DNA from: Macrostomum lignano
Lineage: Eukaryota
Length of the DNA: 64,000 nt
NCBI GenBank assembly: GCA_002269645.1
Contig: NIVC01000568.1
Span: 434,001 to 498,000, forward strand
Reading direction: 5' to 3'
The notes under the pieces are model-generated. The model made no database searches. It saw only the letters and a list, made by a program, of their open reading frames with translations, and had not been told where the DNA came from. Position numbers and translations under genes: made by a program. Shown here one piece after another: positions 38,401 to 50,300 of the stretch. The first letter of the stretch is position 1. Every line of letters starts with the position of its first letter.

Positions 38401-41400
38401 ACAATGTTATCGGTTAGTTTGAATCTGTTTTTAAACTGTTTAGCTCTTTAGGCATTCGAGTGGTTGGCGGTAATTTTATAATAAAACAGTTTTTTGCGAC
38501 GGTCACCTTAAGCTCAAAGAGTCGGGCTGAGGGGGTTTGCGGCAGTTTCAATGAAGATGTTTGATTTGCGGCAGTTTCAATGAAGATGTTTGATTTGCGG
38601 CGGTCACTTCAAAGAGTCGGGCTAGGGGGGGGTTGGCGGCAGTTTTATCGAGACTGATCTGTCGGCGGTCACTTCAAAGAGTCGGGCTAAGGGAGTTGGC
38701 GGCAGTTTCAATGAAGATGCTTGATCTGTTTGCGGTCACTTTAAAGAGTTCGGACTGAGGGGGGGGGGGTTGCGGCGGTTTCAATAAAGATGTTTGATCC
38801 GTTGGTTGTGACTTCAAATTAATCTAGCTAATTAACCTAACACCTGGCACTCTCACTTTAGGCTACGTGACCAACAATCTGCAAAATCCCGATTTGGCCC
38901 TGAAGCTGGCTTCGCGCAACAACCTTCAAGGCGCGGACGATCTGTTCCTGCGCAAATTCAACGCCCTGTTCCAGCAGGGCAACTACTCCGAAGCGGCCAA
39001 AGTGGCCGCCAGCGCGCCAAAGGGTATCCTGCGTACGCCGCAAACTATTCAGCGATTTCAGCAGGTGCCAGTGCAGCCTGGCACTACTTCGCCAATGCTG
39101 CAGTACTTCACCATCCTGTTAGACCAGGGCCAGCTGAACAAATACGAGAGCCTGGAGCTGTGCCGACCAGTGCTGCAGCAGGGTCGCAAACAGGTTGTTG
39201 AGAAATGGTTGAAAGAGGACAAGCTGGAATGCTCTGAGGAGCTTGGCGACCTGGTGAAACAGACTGATCCAACACTGGCTCTGAGCGTCTACCTGAGAGC
39301 CAATGTGCCCCACAAGGTCATTCAGTGCTTTGCCGAGACTGGGCAGTTCCAGAAGATTGTGCTCTACGCCAAGAAGGTGAGACTAACAGTTGGTCTTGAG
39401 GCTTATGGCCAATTTAGGGTCTGTTAATAGGTCAGGCTCGGTCTTAAGGTCATGATTTGGGCCCTTGTTGGTTGCTTCTCACATGTAGGTTATAAATGGG
39501 CCTAATGAGTCATGCGCTGGGTCAAGTATCAAATCTTAAAATGAGTCTGCCACTGGGTCAAAAATCGAGCTCTAAAGTGGGTCATGCGCTGGGTCAAGTA
39601 TCAAGTCTTAAAATGAGTCTGCCACTGGGTTAAGGATCGAGCTGTAAAGTAGGTCGGGCACTGGGTCATGGATCAAGTCGAAAAATGGGTCGGGCACTGC
39701 AAGGATCGAGCTTTAAAGTGGGTCAGGCACTGGGTCAAGGATCGAGCTCTAAAGTGGGTCGGGCACTGGGTCATGGATCAAGTCGTAAAATGGGTCGGGC
39801 ACAGGATCAAAGATCCGATTTAAAATGGGTCAGCCACTGGGTTAAGGATCGAGCTCTAAAGTGGGTCGGGCACTGGGTCAAGGATCGAGCTCTAAAGTGG
39901 GTCGGGCACTGGGTCATGGATCAAGTCGTAAAATGGGTCGGGCACAGGATCAAAGATCCGATTTAAAATGGGTCAGCCACTGGGTTAAGGATCAAGCTCT
40001 AAAGTGGGTCGGGCACTGGGTCAAGGATCGAGCTCTAAAGTGGGTTAGCCATTGGGTCAAGGATCGAGCTCTAAAGTGGGTCAGCCATTGGGTCAAGGAT
40101 CGAGCTCTAAAGTGGGTCAGCCATTGGGTCAAGGATCGAGCTCTAAAGTGGGTCGGGCACTGGGTCATGGATCAAGTCGTAAAATGGGTCGGGCACAGGA
40201 TCAAAGATCCGATTTAAAATGGGTCAGCCACTGGGTTAAGGATCAAGCTCTAAAGTGGGTCGGGCACTGGGTCAAGGATCGAGCTCTAAAGTGGGTTAGC
40301 CATTGGGTCAAGGATCGAGCTCTAAAGTGGGTCAGCCATTGGGTCAAGGATCGAGCTCTAAAGTGGGTCAGCCATTGGGTCAAGGATCGAGCTCTAAAGT
40401 GGGTTAGCCATTGGGTCAAGGATCGAGCTCTAAAGTGGGTCAATCAAGGATCGAGCTCTAAAGTGGGTCAGCCATTGGGTCAAGGATCGAGCTCTAAAGT
40501 GGGTCGGGCACTGGATCAAGGATCGAGCTCTAAAGTGGGTCGGGGTCAAGGATCGAGCTCTAAAGTGGGTCATGGGTCAAGGATCGAGCTCTAAAGTGGG
40601 TTAGCCAAAGGATCGAGCTCGTGGGTCGGGCAGGATCAAGGATCGAGCTCTAAAGTGGGTCAGATTTCAAATCGATGTGGGTTAGCCATTGGGTCAAGGA
40701 TCGAGCTCTAAAGTGGGTCGGGCACTGGATCAAGGATCGAGCTCTAAAGTGGGTCAGCCATTGGGTCAAGGATCGAGCTCTAAAGTGGGTCAGCCATTGG
40801 GTCAAGGATCGAGCTCTAAAGTGGGTCAGCCATTGGGTCAAGGATCGAGCTCTAAAGTGGGTCAGCCATTGGGTCAAGGATCGAGCTCTAAAGTGGGTCG
40901 GGCACTGGATCAAGGATCGAGCTCTAAAGTAGGTCGAGCACTGGGTCAAGGATCAAGTCCTAATTGGGCAAGGCTCAAAGATCTGATTCGAGTCCTCAAT
41001 GAACCGGGTACTGTGGTGTCAGGAAACAGCCTTAGCCGGCTCAAGAGTAAAGCTCTGGATGGGTCACGCAGTGTGACAAGATTCGACATTAGCTGGTTTA
41101 AGAATCCAACTCTGAAAAGAACCGAGGAAAAAGAATGGAGCCTTTGATTTTAAGTTAATGAATTTTGAACGGCAGCTTTGGCCTTCGATTAGCAACATTA
41201 TTTTCCCCATTCCCCCCTTCTTAACAGGTCGGCTATTCGCCCGACTACATCTTCCTGCTGCGCAACCTGATGCGCATCAACCACGAGCAGGGCCTGCAGT
41301 TCGCCCAGATGCTGGTCCAAGACGACGAACCGCTGGCCGATATCAGCCTCATTGTTGACGTCTTCATGGAGCAGAATCTAGTGCAACAGTGCACCAGCTT

Positions 41401-44400
41401 CTTGCTAGACGCTCTGAAGAACAATCGGCCTAGCGAGGGTCACCTGCAGACTCGCCTGCTAGAGATGAACCTCATGTCCGCGCCTCAGGTGGCCGACGCC
41501 ATCCTTGGCAACCAGATGTTCTCGCACTACGACAAGGCTCACGTTGCCAGCCTGTGCGAGAAGGCTGGCCTGTTGCAGCGGGCGCTGGAGCACTACACGG
41601 ACCTGTACGACATCAAGCGGGCCGTGGTGCACACCCACATGCTCAACCCGGAGTGGCTGGTCAACTACTTTGGCAATCTGAGCGTTGACGACTCGCTTGA
41701 ATGCTTGAAAGCTATGCTGCAGGCTAATATTAGACAGAATCTGCAGGTAAATATGTCATCGTGTTCGCTGTGGTGCTACTGACCAGTCAGTAGTATGATC
41801 TCTTCTCCCTCCCGACCTATAGGCTCATTTATCTGCTTATCGTTCGCGCCATTCCAAGCAAACTCTGCGGCCCTGTCGCTTCTCTGTCCCCATTTTATTG
41901 CCCCACCTTATCGCTCGCCCCTTGGCTGGGGAGAGGTTTTTGTCGCCATGTACATTATCTGCCACGCTGACTGATGTACACTGTGCCTGCACTGATATCA
42001 CGTGACTCTTCTAAAATCGATTTTGCAAATTTAGTTTGCCCTAGGCAAAAAATAGTTACCACTTTCTGTGCTTGCTACTGAATGGAAAGTAGTTAAAACG
42101 ATAACTAAAAATAGACTAATCCCTCATCCTCCCACTATTACCCAGGTGTGCGTACAAATCGCCTCGAAATACCACGAGCAGCTTGGCGCCGCCGCCCTAA
42201 TCGAGATATTCGAACAATTCAAAAGTTACGAGGGCCTGTTCTACTTCCTTGGCAGTATTGTGAACTTTAGCCAGGACCCGGAGGTGCACTTCAAGTACAT
42301 CCAGGCCGCCTGCAAGACCTCCCAGTTCAAAGAGGTCGAACGCATCGTTCGCGAGTCCAGCGTCTACGAGGCCGAGCGGGTAAAGAACTTTCTGAAGGAG
42401 GCCAAGCTGACCGACCAGCTGCCGCTCATCATCGTGTGCGACCGGTTCGACTTTGTGCACGACCTGGTGCTCTACCTGTACCGCAACAGTCTGCAAAAGT
42501 ACATTGAGATCTACGTGCAAAAGGTGGGCTATCGAATGGTTCTAAGAATCGCTCTTTAGCTGTAAATTAACTTCCGAAGTCATTCATTTCTTTTTGAGAG
42601 TCGCTCTCCATCTCCTCTTGAGAATCGCCCTCCATCTCCCCTTGAGAATCGCCCTTCATCTCCCCTTGAGAATCGCCCTCCATCTCCCCTTGAGAATCGC
42701 CCTTCATCTCCCCTTGAGAATCGCCCTTCATCTCCCCTTGAGAATCGCCCTTCATCTCCCCTTGAGAATCGTCTTCAATCTCCCCTTGAGAATCGCCCTT
42801 CATCTCCCCTTGAGAATCGCCCTCCATCTCACCTTGAGAATCGCCCTTCATCTCCCCTTGAGAATCGCCCTTCATCTCCCCTTGAGAATCGCCCTTCATC
42901 TCCCCTTGAGAATCGCCCTCCATCTCCCCTTGAGAATCGCCCTTCATCTCCCCTTGAGAATCGCCCTCCATCTCCCCTTGAGAATCGCCCTCCATCTCCC
43001 CTTGAGAATCGCCCTTCATCTCCCCTTGAGAATCGCCCTTCATCTCCCCTTGAGAATCGCCCTTTATCTCCCCTTGAGAATCGCCCTTTATCTCCCCTTG
43101 AGAATCGTCTTCAATCTCCCCTGGAGAATCGCCCCCATCTTCCTTTAGAATATCCTCTATATTTTCCTTGAGAATCATCCTCTATCTCACCTTAAGAATC
43201 GTCCTCTATTTCACCTTGAGAATAATCTCCATAATTCTCACAATACCTGTCGCAGGTGAACCCAAGCCGTCTTCCGGTAGTAGTGGGCGGCCTACTGGAC
43301 GTCGACTGCGCCGAAGACGTGATCAAGCAGCTCATCCTGGTTGTTCGCGGCCAATTCTCAACGGACGAACTCGTTGCCGAAGTGGAGAAGCGCAACCGAT
43401 TGAAACTGCTGCTACCCTGGCTGGAGCACCGGGTGCATGAGGGCTCGGAGGAGCCGGCCACGCACAATGCCCTGGCCAAGATCTACATCGACGCTAATAA
43501 CAATCCGGAGCGGTTCCTCAGGGAGAACCGGTTCTACGATTCCCGGGTGATTGGCAAGTACACTGAGAAGCGCGACCCTCACCTGTCCTGTATCGCCTAC
43601 GAGCGGGGCCAGTGCGACGACGACCTCATCCGAGTGTGCAACGAGAATTCTCTGTTCAAATCGCAGGCCAGGTATCTGGTTAAGCGCAAGGATGAGGCTC
43701 TGTGGGCCCGCGTGCTGCAGAGGACAACGTCTATCGGAGGCAGCTGATTGATCAGGTCTGTACAGCTGTTAATGAATCGCTAATCTAATTCACACATTTA
43801 AAAAGCTAGTTTTTATTTAGGCTGAATTAATTAGCATTCGAGGTTCAGTAATGTGAAAGTAAAGGTAATTATTTCGCAAGGGGTTTTAATTATTACGTAG
43901 GATAAACAGCCAAGGCTAATTGCTGTGTTAGCGAGGCTAGTTATAAATGATAAACAGCTATGGCTAATTGCTGTGTTAGCGAGGCTAATTATAAATGATA
44001 AACAGCCAAGGCTAATTGCTGTGTTAGCGAGGCTAGTTATAAATGATAAACAGCTATGGCTAATTGCTGTGTTAGCGAGGCTAATTATAAATGATAAACA
44101 GCCAAGGCTAATTGCTGTGTTAGCGAGGCTAGTTATAAATGATAAACAGCTATGGCTAATTGCTGTGTTAGCGAGGCTAATTATAATGATAAACAGCTAT
44201 GGCTAATTGCTGTGTTAGCGAGGCTAATTATAAATGATAAACAGCCAAGGCTAATTGCTGTGTTAGCGAGGCTAATTATAATCAGTCTGGATAATTAATA
44301 TGTTAAAATTCCTATCCCAGGTGGTGCAAACCGCTCTCTCCGAGACAAACGATCCTGAGGAGATCTCCGTTAGCGTAAAATCCTTCATGGCTGCCGACCT

Positions 44401-47174
44401 GCCCAACGAGCTTATCGAGTTGTTGGAAAAAATTGTGCTGGACAATACGGTGTTCTCGGATCATCGCAATCTGCAGAACCTACTGATCCTCACCGCCATC
44501 AAAGCCGACCGCAATCGGGTCATGGAGTACATCACTAAGCTGGAGAACTTCGACGCACCTGAGATTGCCCAGATTGCCATCAGCAATCAGCTGTTTGAGG
44601 AGGCTTTCGCCGTATTCAAGAAATTTGAAGTTAACGAGAGCGCCATTAAGGTGCGTTATTGATTGGACGATTATATTTGGATAAACTCCTAAACGAATCC
44701 GCGTCCCCACAAGTGCTAATCGAGCGCATCCGCATAACAACTAAACCCCAAATCGAATACTCGTCCCCACAGGTGCTAATCGAGCACATCCGCATCCCAA
44801 CTAACCTCCCAATCAATTCCGCAGTCTCACAGGTGCTAATCGAGCACATCCGTTATATAGCAACTAAACCCCCAGTTAAGTTCGAATCTCACAGGTGCTA
44901 ATCGAGCACATCCGCATAGCAACCAAACCCGCCCCGATAAAATTCGCTTCTCACAGGTGCTAATCGAGCACATCCGCAACCTCGATCGAGCCTACGAATT
45001 TGCCGAGAAGTGCAACGAGCCGGCAGTGTGGTCCCAGCTAGCCAGCGCTCAACTCGAAGAAGGCTTCGTCAAAGAGGCCATTGACAGCTTCATCAAGGCC
45101 AACGATCCCAGTTGCTATGTGGACGTTGTTCGAGTTGCCGGCGAGACCGGGCACTGGGAAGACCTAGTAAAGTTCCTGCTCATGGCTCGCAAAAAGGCCA
45201 AGGAGTCCTTCATCGAGACCGAGCTGGTGTTTGCCTACGCCAAAACCGGTCGCCTAGCGGACATGGAAGAGTACATCAACTCGCCTAATCACGCAAAAAT
45301 TGCCGAAGTTGCCGATAGGTGCTTCGACCAGGAGATGTACGAGGCCGCCAAGATTCTTTATAGCAACGTGTCTAATTACGCTAGGCTGGCCATCACCCAG
45401 GTTAAACTGGGCGAGTTCCAGAGCGCCGTCGAGTCCGCTAGGAAGGCTAATTCTACAAAAACTTGGAAAGAGGCGAGTCATTGTCTACACGATGAAAATT
45501 GTTTTACATAATTCAATAGCCAGCAGCTTTTTTACTTGCTAGAAAACTCCATTTTAGCTGTAAGATCCCAAACAAAGCTGAAAGATCCCACACTAAGTTA
45601 AAAGATCCCAAGCTAAGCTAAAAGATCCCAAGATAAGCAAAAAGGTCCCAATAAGCTGAAAGATCCCAAACAAAGCTGAAAGATCCCAAATTAAGCTGAA
45701 AGATCCCACACTAAGTTAAAAGATCCCAAACTCAGCTAAAATATCCCAAGATAAGCAAAAAGATCCCAAGATAAGCTAAAAGATCCCAAACAAAGCTGAA
45801 AGATCCCACACTAAGTTAAAAGATCCCAAACTATGCTGAAAGATCCCAAGCTCAGCTAAAATATCCCAAACTCAGCTAAAAGATCCCAAGATAAGCAAAA
45901 AGATCCCAAGATAAGCTAAAAGATCCCAAACAAAGCTGAACGATCCCACACTAAGTTAAAAGATCCCAAACTATGCTGAAAGATCCCAAGCTCAGCTAAA
46001 ATATCCCAAACTCAGCTAAAAGATCCCAAGATAAGCAAAAAGATCCCAAGATAAGCTAAAAGATCCCAAACTATGCTGAAAGATCCCAAGCTAAGCTAAA
46101 AGATCCCAAACGAAGCTGAAAGATCCCAAGATAAGCAAAAAGATCCCAAGATAAGCTAAAAGATCCCAAACTAAGCTGAAAGATCCCAAGCTCAGCTGAA
46201 AGATCCCAAACTAAGTTAAAAGATCCCAAGCTATGCTGAAAGATCCCAAGCTCAGCTGAAAGATCCCAAGCTCAGCTGAAAGATCCCAATAAGCTAAAAA
46301 GATCCCAAACTAAGTTAAAAGATCCCAAGCTATGCTGAAAGATCCCAAGCTCAGCTGAAAGATCTCAATAAGCTGAAAGATCCCAAACTAAGCTGAAAGA
46401 TCCCAAACTAAGCTGAAAGATCCCAATAAGCTGAAATATCCCAAATTAAGCTGAACGATTCCAAACTGTATCTCATATATCCCAGTTAATCACAATATCA
46501 ACCACAACTTTTTACCATCCTATAAACTCCCCCCCCACCTCGTCATCATTATCCAGGTGTGCTTCTCTTGCCTAGAGAGCCAGGAATATCGCCTAGCCCA
46601 GATCTGCGGCCTGAACATCATCATACACGCTGACGAGCTCGAGGAGCTGATCAACTTCTACCAGACCAGGGGCCTGTTCAACGAGCTCATCTCCCTGTTC
46701 GAGGCCGGCCTCGGGCTCGACCGCGCCCACATGGGATTGTTCACCGAGCTGGCCATTCTGTACAGCAAGTACCGGCCAGCCAAGCTCAAGGAGCACCTGG
46801 AGCTGTTCTGGTCCCGCATCAACATTCCCAAGGTGCTGCGCGCCGCCGAGCAGGCCCACCTGTGGTCCGAACTCGTGTTTCTATACGAGAAATATGAAGA
46901 ATTCGACAATGCCATACTCACTATGATGAAGCATCCCACCGAGGCCTGGCGAGAGTCCTTCTTTAAGGAGATGATCTCCAAGTGCGCTAATATCGAAATC
47001 TATTACAAGGCTATAAAGTTCTATCTGGACTTTAAGCCTCTGCTGCTCAATGACCTGCTGCAGGTGAGTCCGCCTGTAATGAATTTCATGTCTGTGTCTG
47101 GTTGTCTGTCTGTCTGTCTGTCTGTCTCTGTCTGTCTGTCTGTCTGTCTGTCTGTGCCTGTCTGTCTGTCTGTC

Positions 47175-47233
<59 letters not shown>

Positions 47234-47282
47234 GCCTGTCTGTCTGTCTGCCTGTCTGTCTGCCTGTCTGTCTGTCTGTCTA

Positions 47283-47368
<86 letters not shown>

Positions 47369-50300
47369 CTAGTGTCTGTCTGTCCTCCTAGTGTCTGTCT
47401 GTCTGTCCTAGTGTCTGTCTGCCTGTCTGTCTGTCTGTCGCTGTGTCTGTCTCTTTCTGTGTGTGTCTGTGTCTATCAGTCAGTCAGTCAGTGGGTCCTC
47501 AGTGAGGACTAAGCGTGTGCCGCATGCCCAACCCAACCATCCCAGGTGCTGATCCCACGCCTGGACCACACCCGCACGGTGAGCTTCTTCTCTAAGGAGG
47601 GCAAGATCGCCATGGTGAAGCCCTACCTCAAAGCGGTGCAGCAGAACAACAACAAGCACATCAACGAAGCCCTGAACAGTCTGTACATCGACGAGGAAGA
47701 CTACCAGAGCCTTCGCGCCAGCATCGAGGCATTCAACAATTTCGACAACATCGGCCTAGCGCAGAAGTGCGAAAAGCACGAGCTGCTGGAATTCAGGCGC
47801 ATTGCCGCTTTCCTGTACAAGGGCAACAACCGGTTCAGCCAGAGCATCGAGCTGTGCAAGCGGGACCGGCTGTACAAGGATGCCATGCAGTTCGCTGCCG
47901 ACTCTCGCGACTCCGAACTTGCCGCCGCCCTGCTGCAGTGGTTCCTCGATGAGAAGCTCACCGAGTGCTTCTGCGCCTGTCTGTACCAGTGCTACGATTT
48001 ACTCAAGCCGGACAAGGTGATGGAGCTGGCCTGGCGGTACAACCTCATGGACTATACGATGCCCTATCTGGTGCAGGTCATGGCTGAGTACCAGGCTCGG
48101 CTGGAGCGGCTCGAGCAGGCCGAGGCTGTGCGAGCTGAGAGCGACGAGAAAGCCGACAGCGGTAGCAACCCGATTGTGATGCCGAGTAAGTGCGGAATTC
48201 CCTTGTAGGTTACATTCCCCTGTAGGTTACATTCCCCTGTAGGTTACATTCCCCTGTAGGTTACATTCCCCTGTTAGGTTACATTCCCCTGTTAGGTTAC
48301 ATTCCCCTGTAGGTTACATTCCCCTGTAGGTTACATTCCCCTGTTAGGTTACATTCCCCTGTAGGTTTCATTCCCCTGTAGGTTACATTCCCCTGTTAGG
48401 TTACATTCCCCTGTAGGTTACATTCCCCTGTTAGGTTACATTCCCCTGTAGGTTACATTCCCCTGTAGGTTACATTCCCCTGTAGGTTACATTCCCCTGT
48501 TAGGTTACATTCCCCTGTTAGGTTACATTCCCCTGTAGGTTACATTCCTCTGTAGGTTACATTCCCCCGTAGGTTACATTCCCCTGTAGGTTACATTTTC
48601 CTGTAGGTTACATTACCCTGTAGGTTACATTACCCTATAGGTTACATTCCCTGTAGGTTACATTCCCCTGTATGTTATATTCCCCTGTACATTAAATTCC
48701 CCTGTATGTTACATTCCCCTGTAGATTAAATTCCCCTGTAGGTTACATTCCCCTGTAGGTTACATTCCCCTGTAGGTTACATTCCCCTGTATGTTACATT
48801 CCCCTGTAGATTAAATTCCCCTGTATGTTACATTCCCCTGTAGATTAAATTCCCCTGTATGTTACATTCCCCTGTAGGTTACATTCCCCTGTAGGTTACA
48901 TTCCGCTGTAGATTAAATTCCCCTGTAGATTAAATTCCCCTGTATGTTACATTCCCCTGTAGATTAAATTCCCCTGTAGGTTACATTCCCCTGTAGATTA
49001 AATTCCCCTGTAGGTTAGATTCCCCTGTAGGTTACATTCCCCTGTAGGTTACATTCCCCTGTAGATTAAATTCCCCTGTAGATTAAATTCCCCTTTAGGT
49101 TACATTCCCCTGTAGATTAAATTCCCCTGTAGGTTACAGGAGTGTCCAGTCAGCGTTCTCATCTTTAGACTCCATAGATGTTTATAATCCCCATTCTCGA
49201 AAACTTTGGATTATGTCAAAACATCGATTTTATTAAACGAATCGTTACTTATAGCACTTTTGATCGTTTATTTTAATTCAAACGATATTCGTTTACAAAT
49301 TCAATGACATTAATCGTTTATCCTTGTCTGATAATCCAAGACTTGAACCAGCCGGCACTGTGCTGGGGTGCCGGTCCCCAGTTTCATCAAGGATTATCTC
49401 CTCAGATGCCTTCCTCTATGTTTAGCGGCAGCAATTCGAGTAAATAATCCAACACTGCGCCTGTGCCGGTTTTTAGTTAATTTTTATACGTTTCTATAAG
49501 GGTTTTTTTCTGGTTGGGTTCTGCTCCGTTCACAGCTTTTTTATTTATTGTAATTTTTTGTATACTACTCTTCATTCATTAGCAGCAGCAAGATTGGAGG
49601 AAAACTTGTAAAACCAAAATCCAGCAGTACGTGTTACATAGCGAGCACGAGAGAAAAGAGGTGGCGTGGCGCCTTAGGTCCCAGACAGGCCCTGACTTTG
49701 ACCTCTCTTCTTACTACTCTCTCATCGGCTGAGCCAGATTGGGCCTGCCCTCCCCTAGGCTGAGTTTCGTCCATCTAACTATGACTTCTCTCCTTATTGC
49801 TCTCTTATTGGCTGAGCCAGATTGGGCCTGCCCCCCCCCCCAGGCTGAGTTTCGTCCATCTAACTATGACTTCTCTCCTTATTGCTCTCTTATTGGCTGA
49901 GCCAGATTGGGCCTGCCCCCCCAGGCTGAGTTTCGTCCATCTAACTATGACTTCTCTCCTTATTACTCTCTTATTGGCTGAGCCAGATTGGGCCTGCCCC
50001 CCCCCAGGCTGAGTTTCGTCCATCTAACTATGACTTCTCTCCTTATTACTCTCTTATTGGCTGAGCCAGATTGGGCCTGCCCCCCCCCAGGCTGAGTTTC
50101 GTCCATCTAACTATGACTTCTCTCCTTACTGCTCTCTTATTGGCTGAACTTGATTGAGTCCGTATCCCTAAGACTGAGATTTGTCCAGTTCTTGCTTTCA
50201 CTTCTGTACCTCTAGTTTAAACACACTGCGCGGACAAACCACTAAAAATGGAGACGCTCTACTTTTTAACAATTTTATTTGCGAGTTGACACATCTACGA

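Noticed and set aside
39685-44206. [23 protein letters not shown] and LARLVIND repeat ORFs
   Set aside because: They lie inside clathrin introns defined by conserved exon junctions and are repeat translations.
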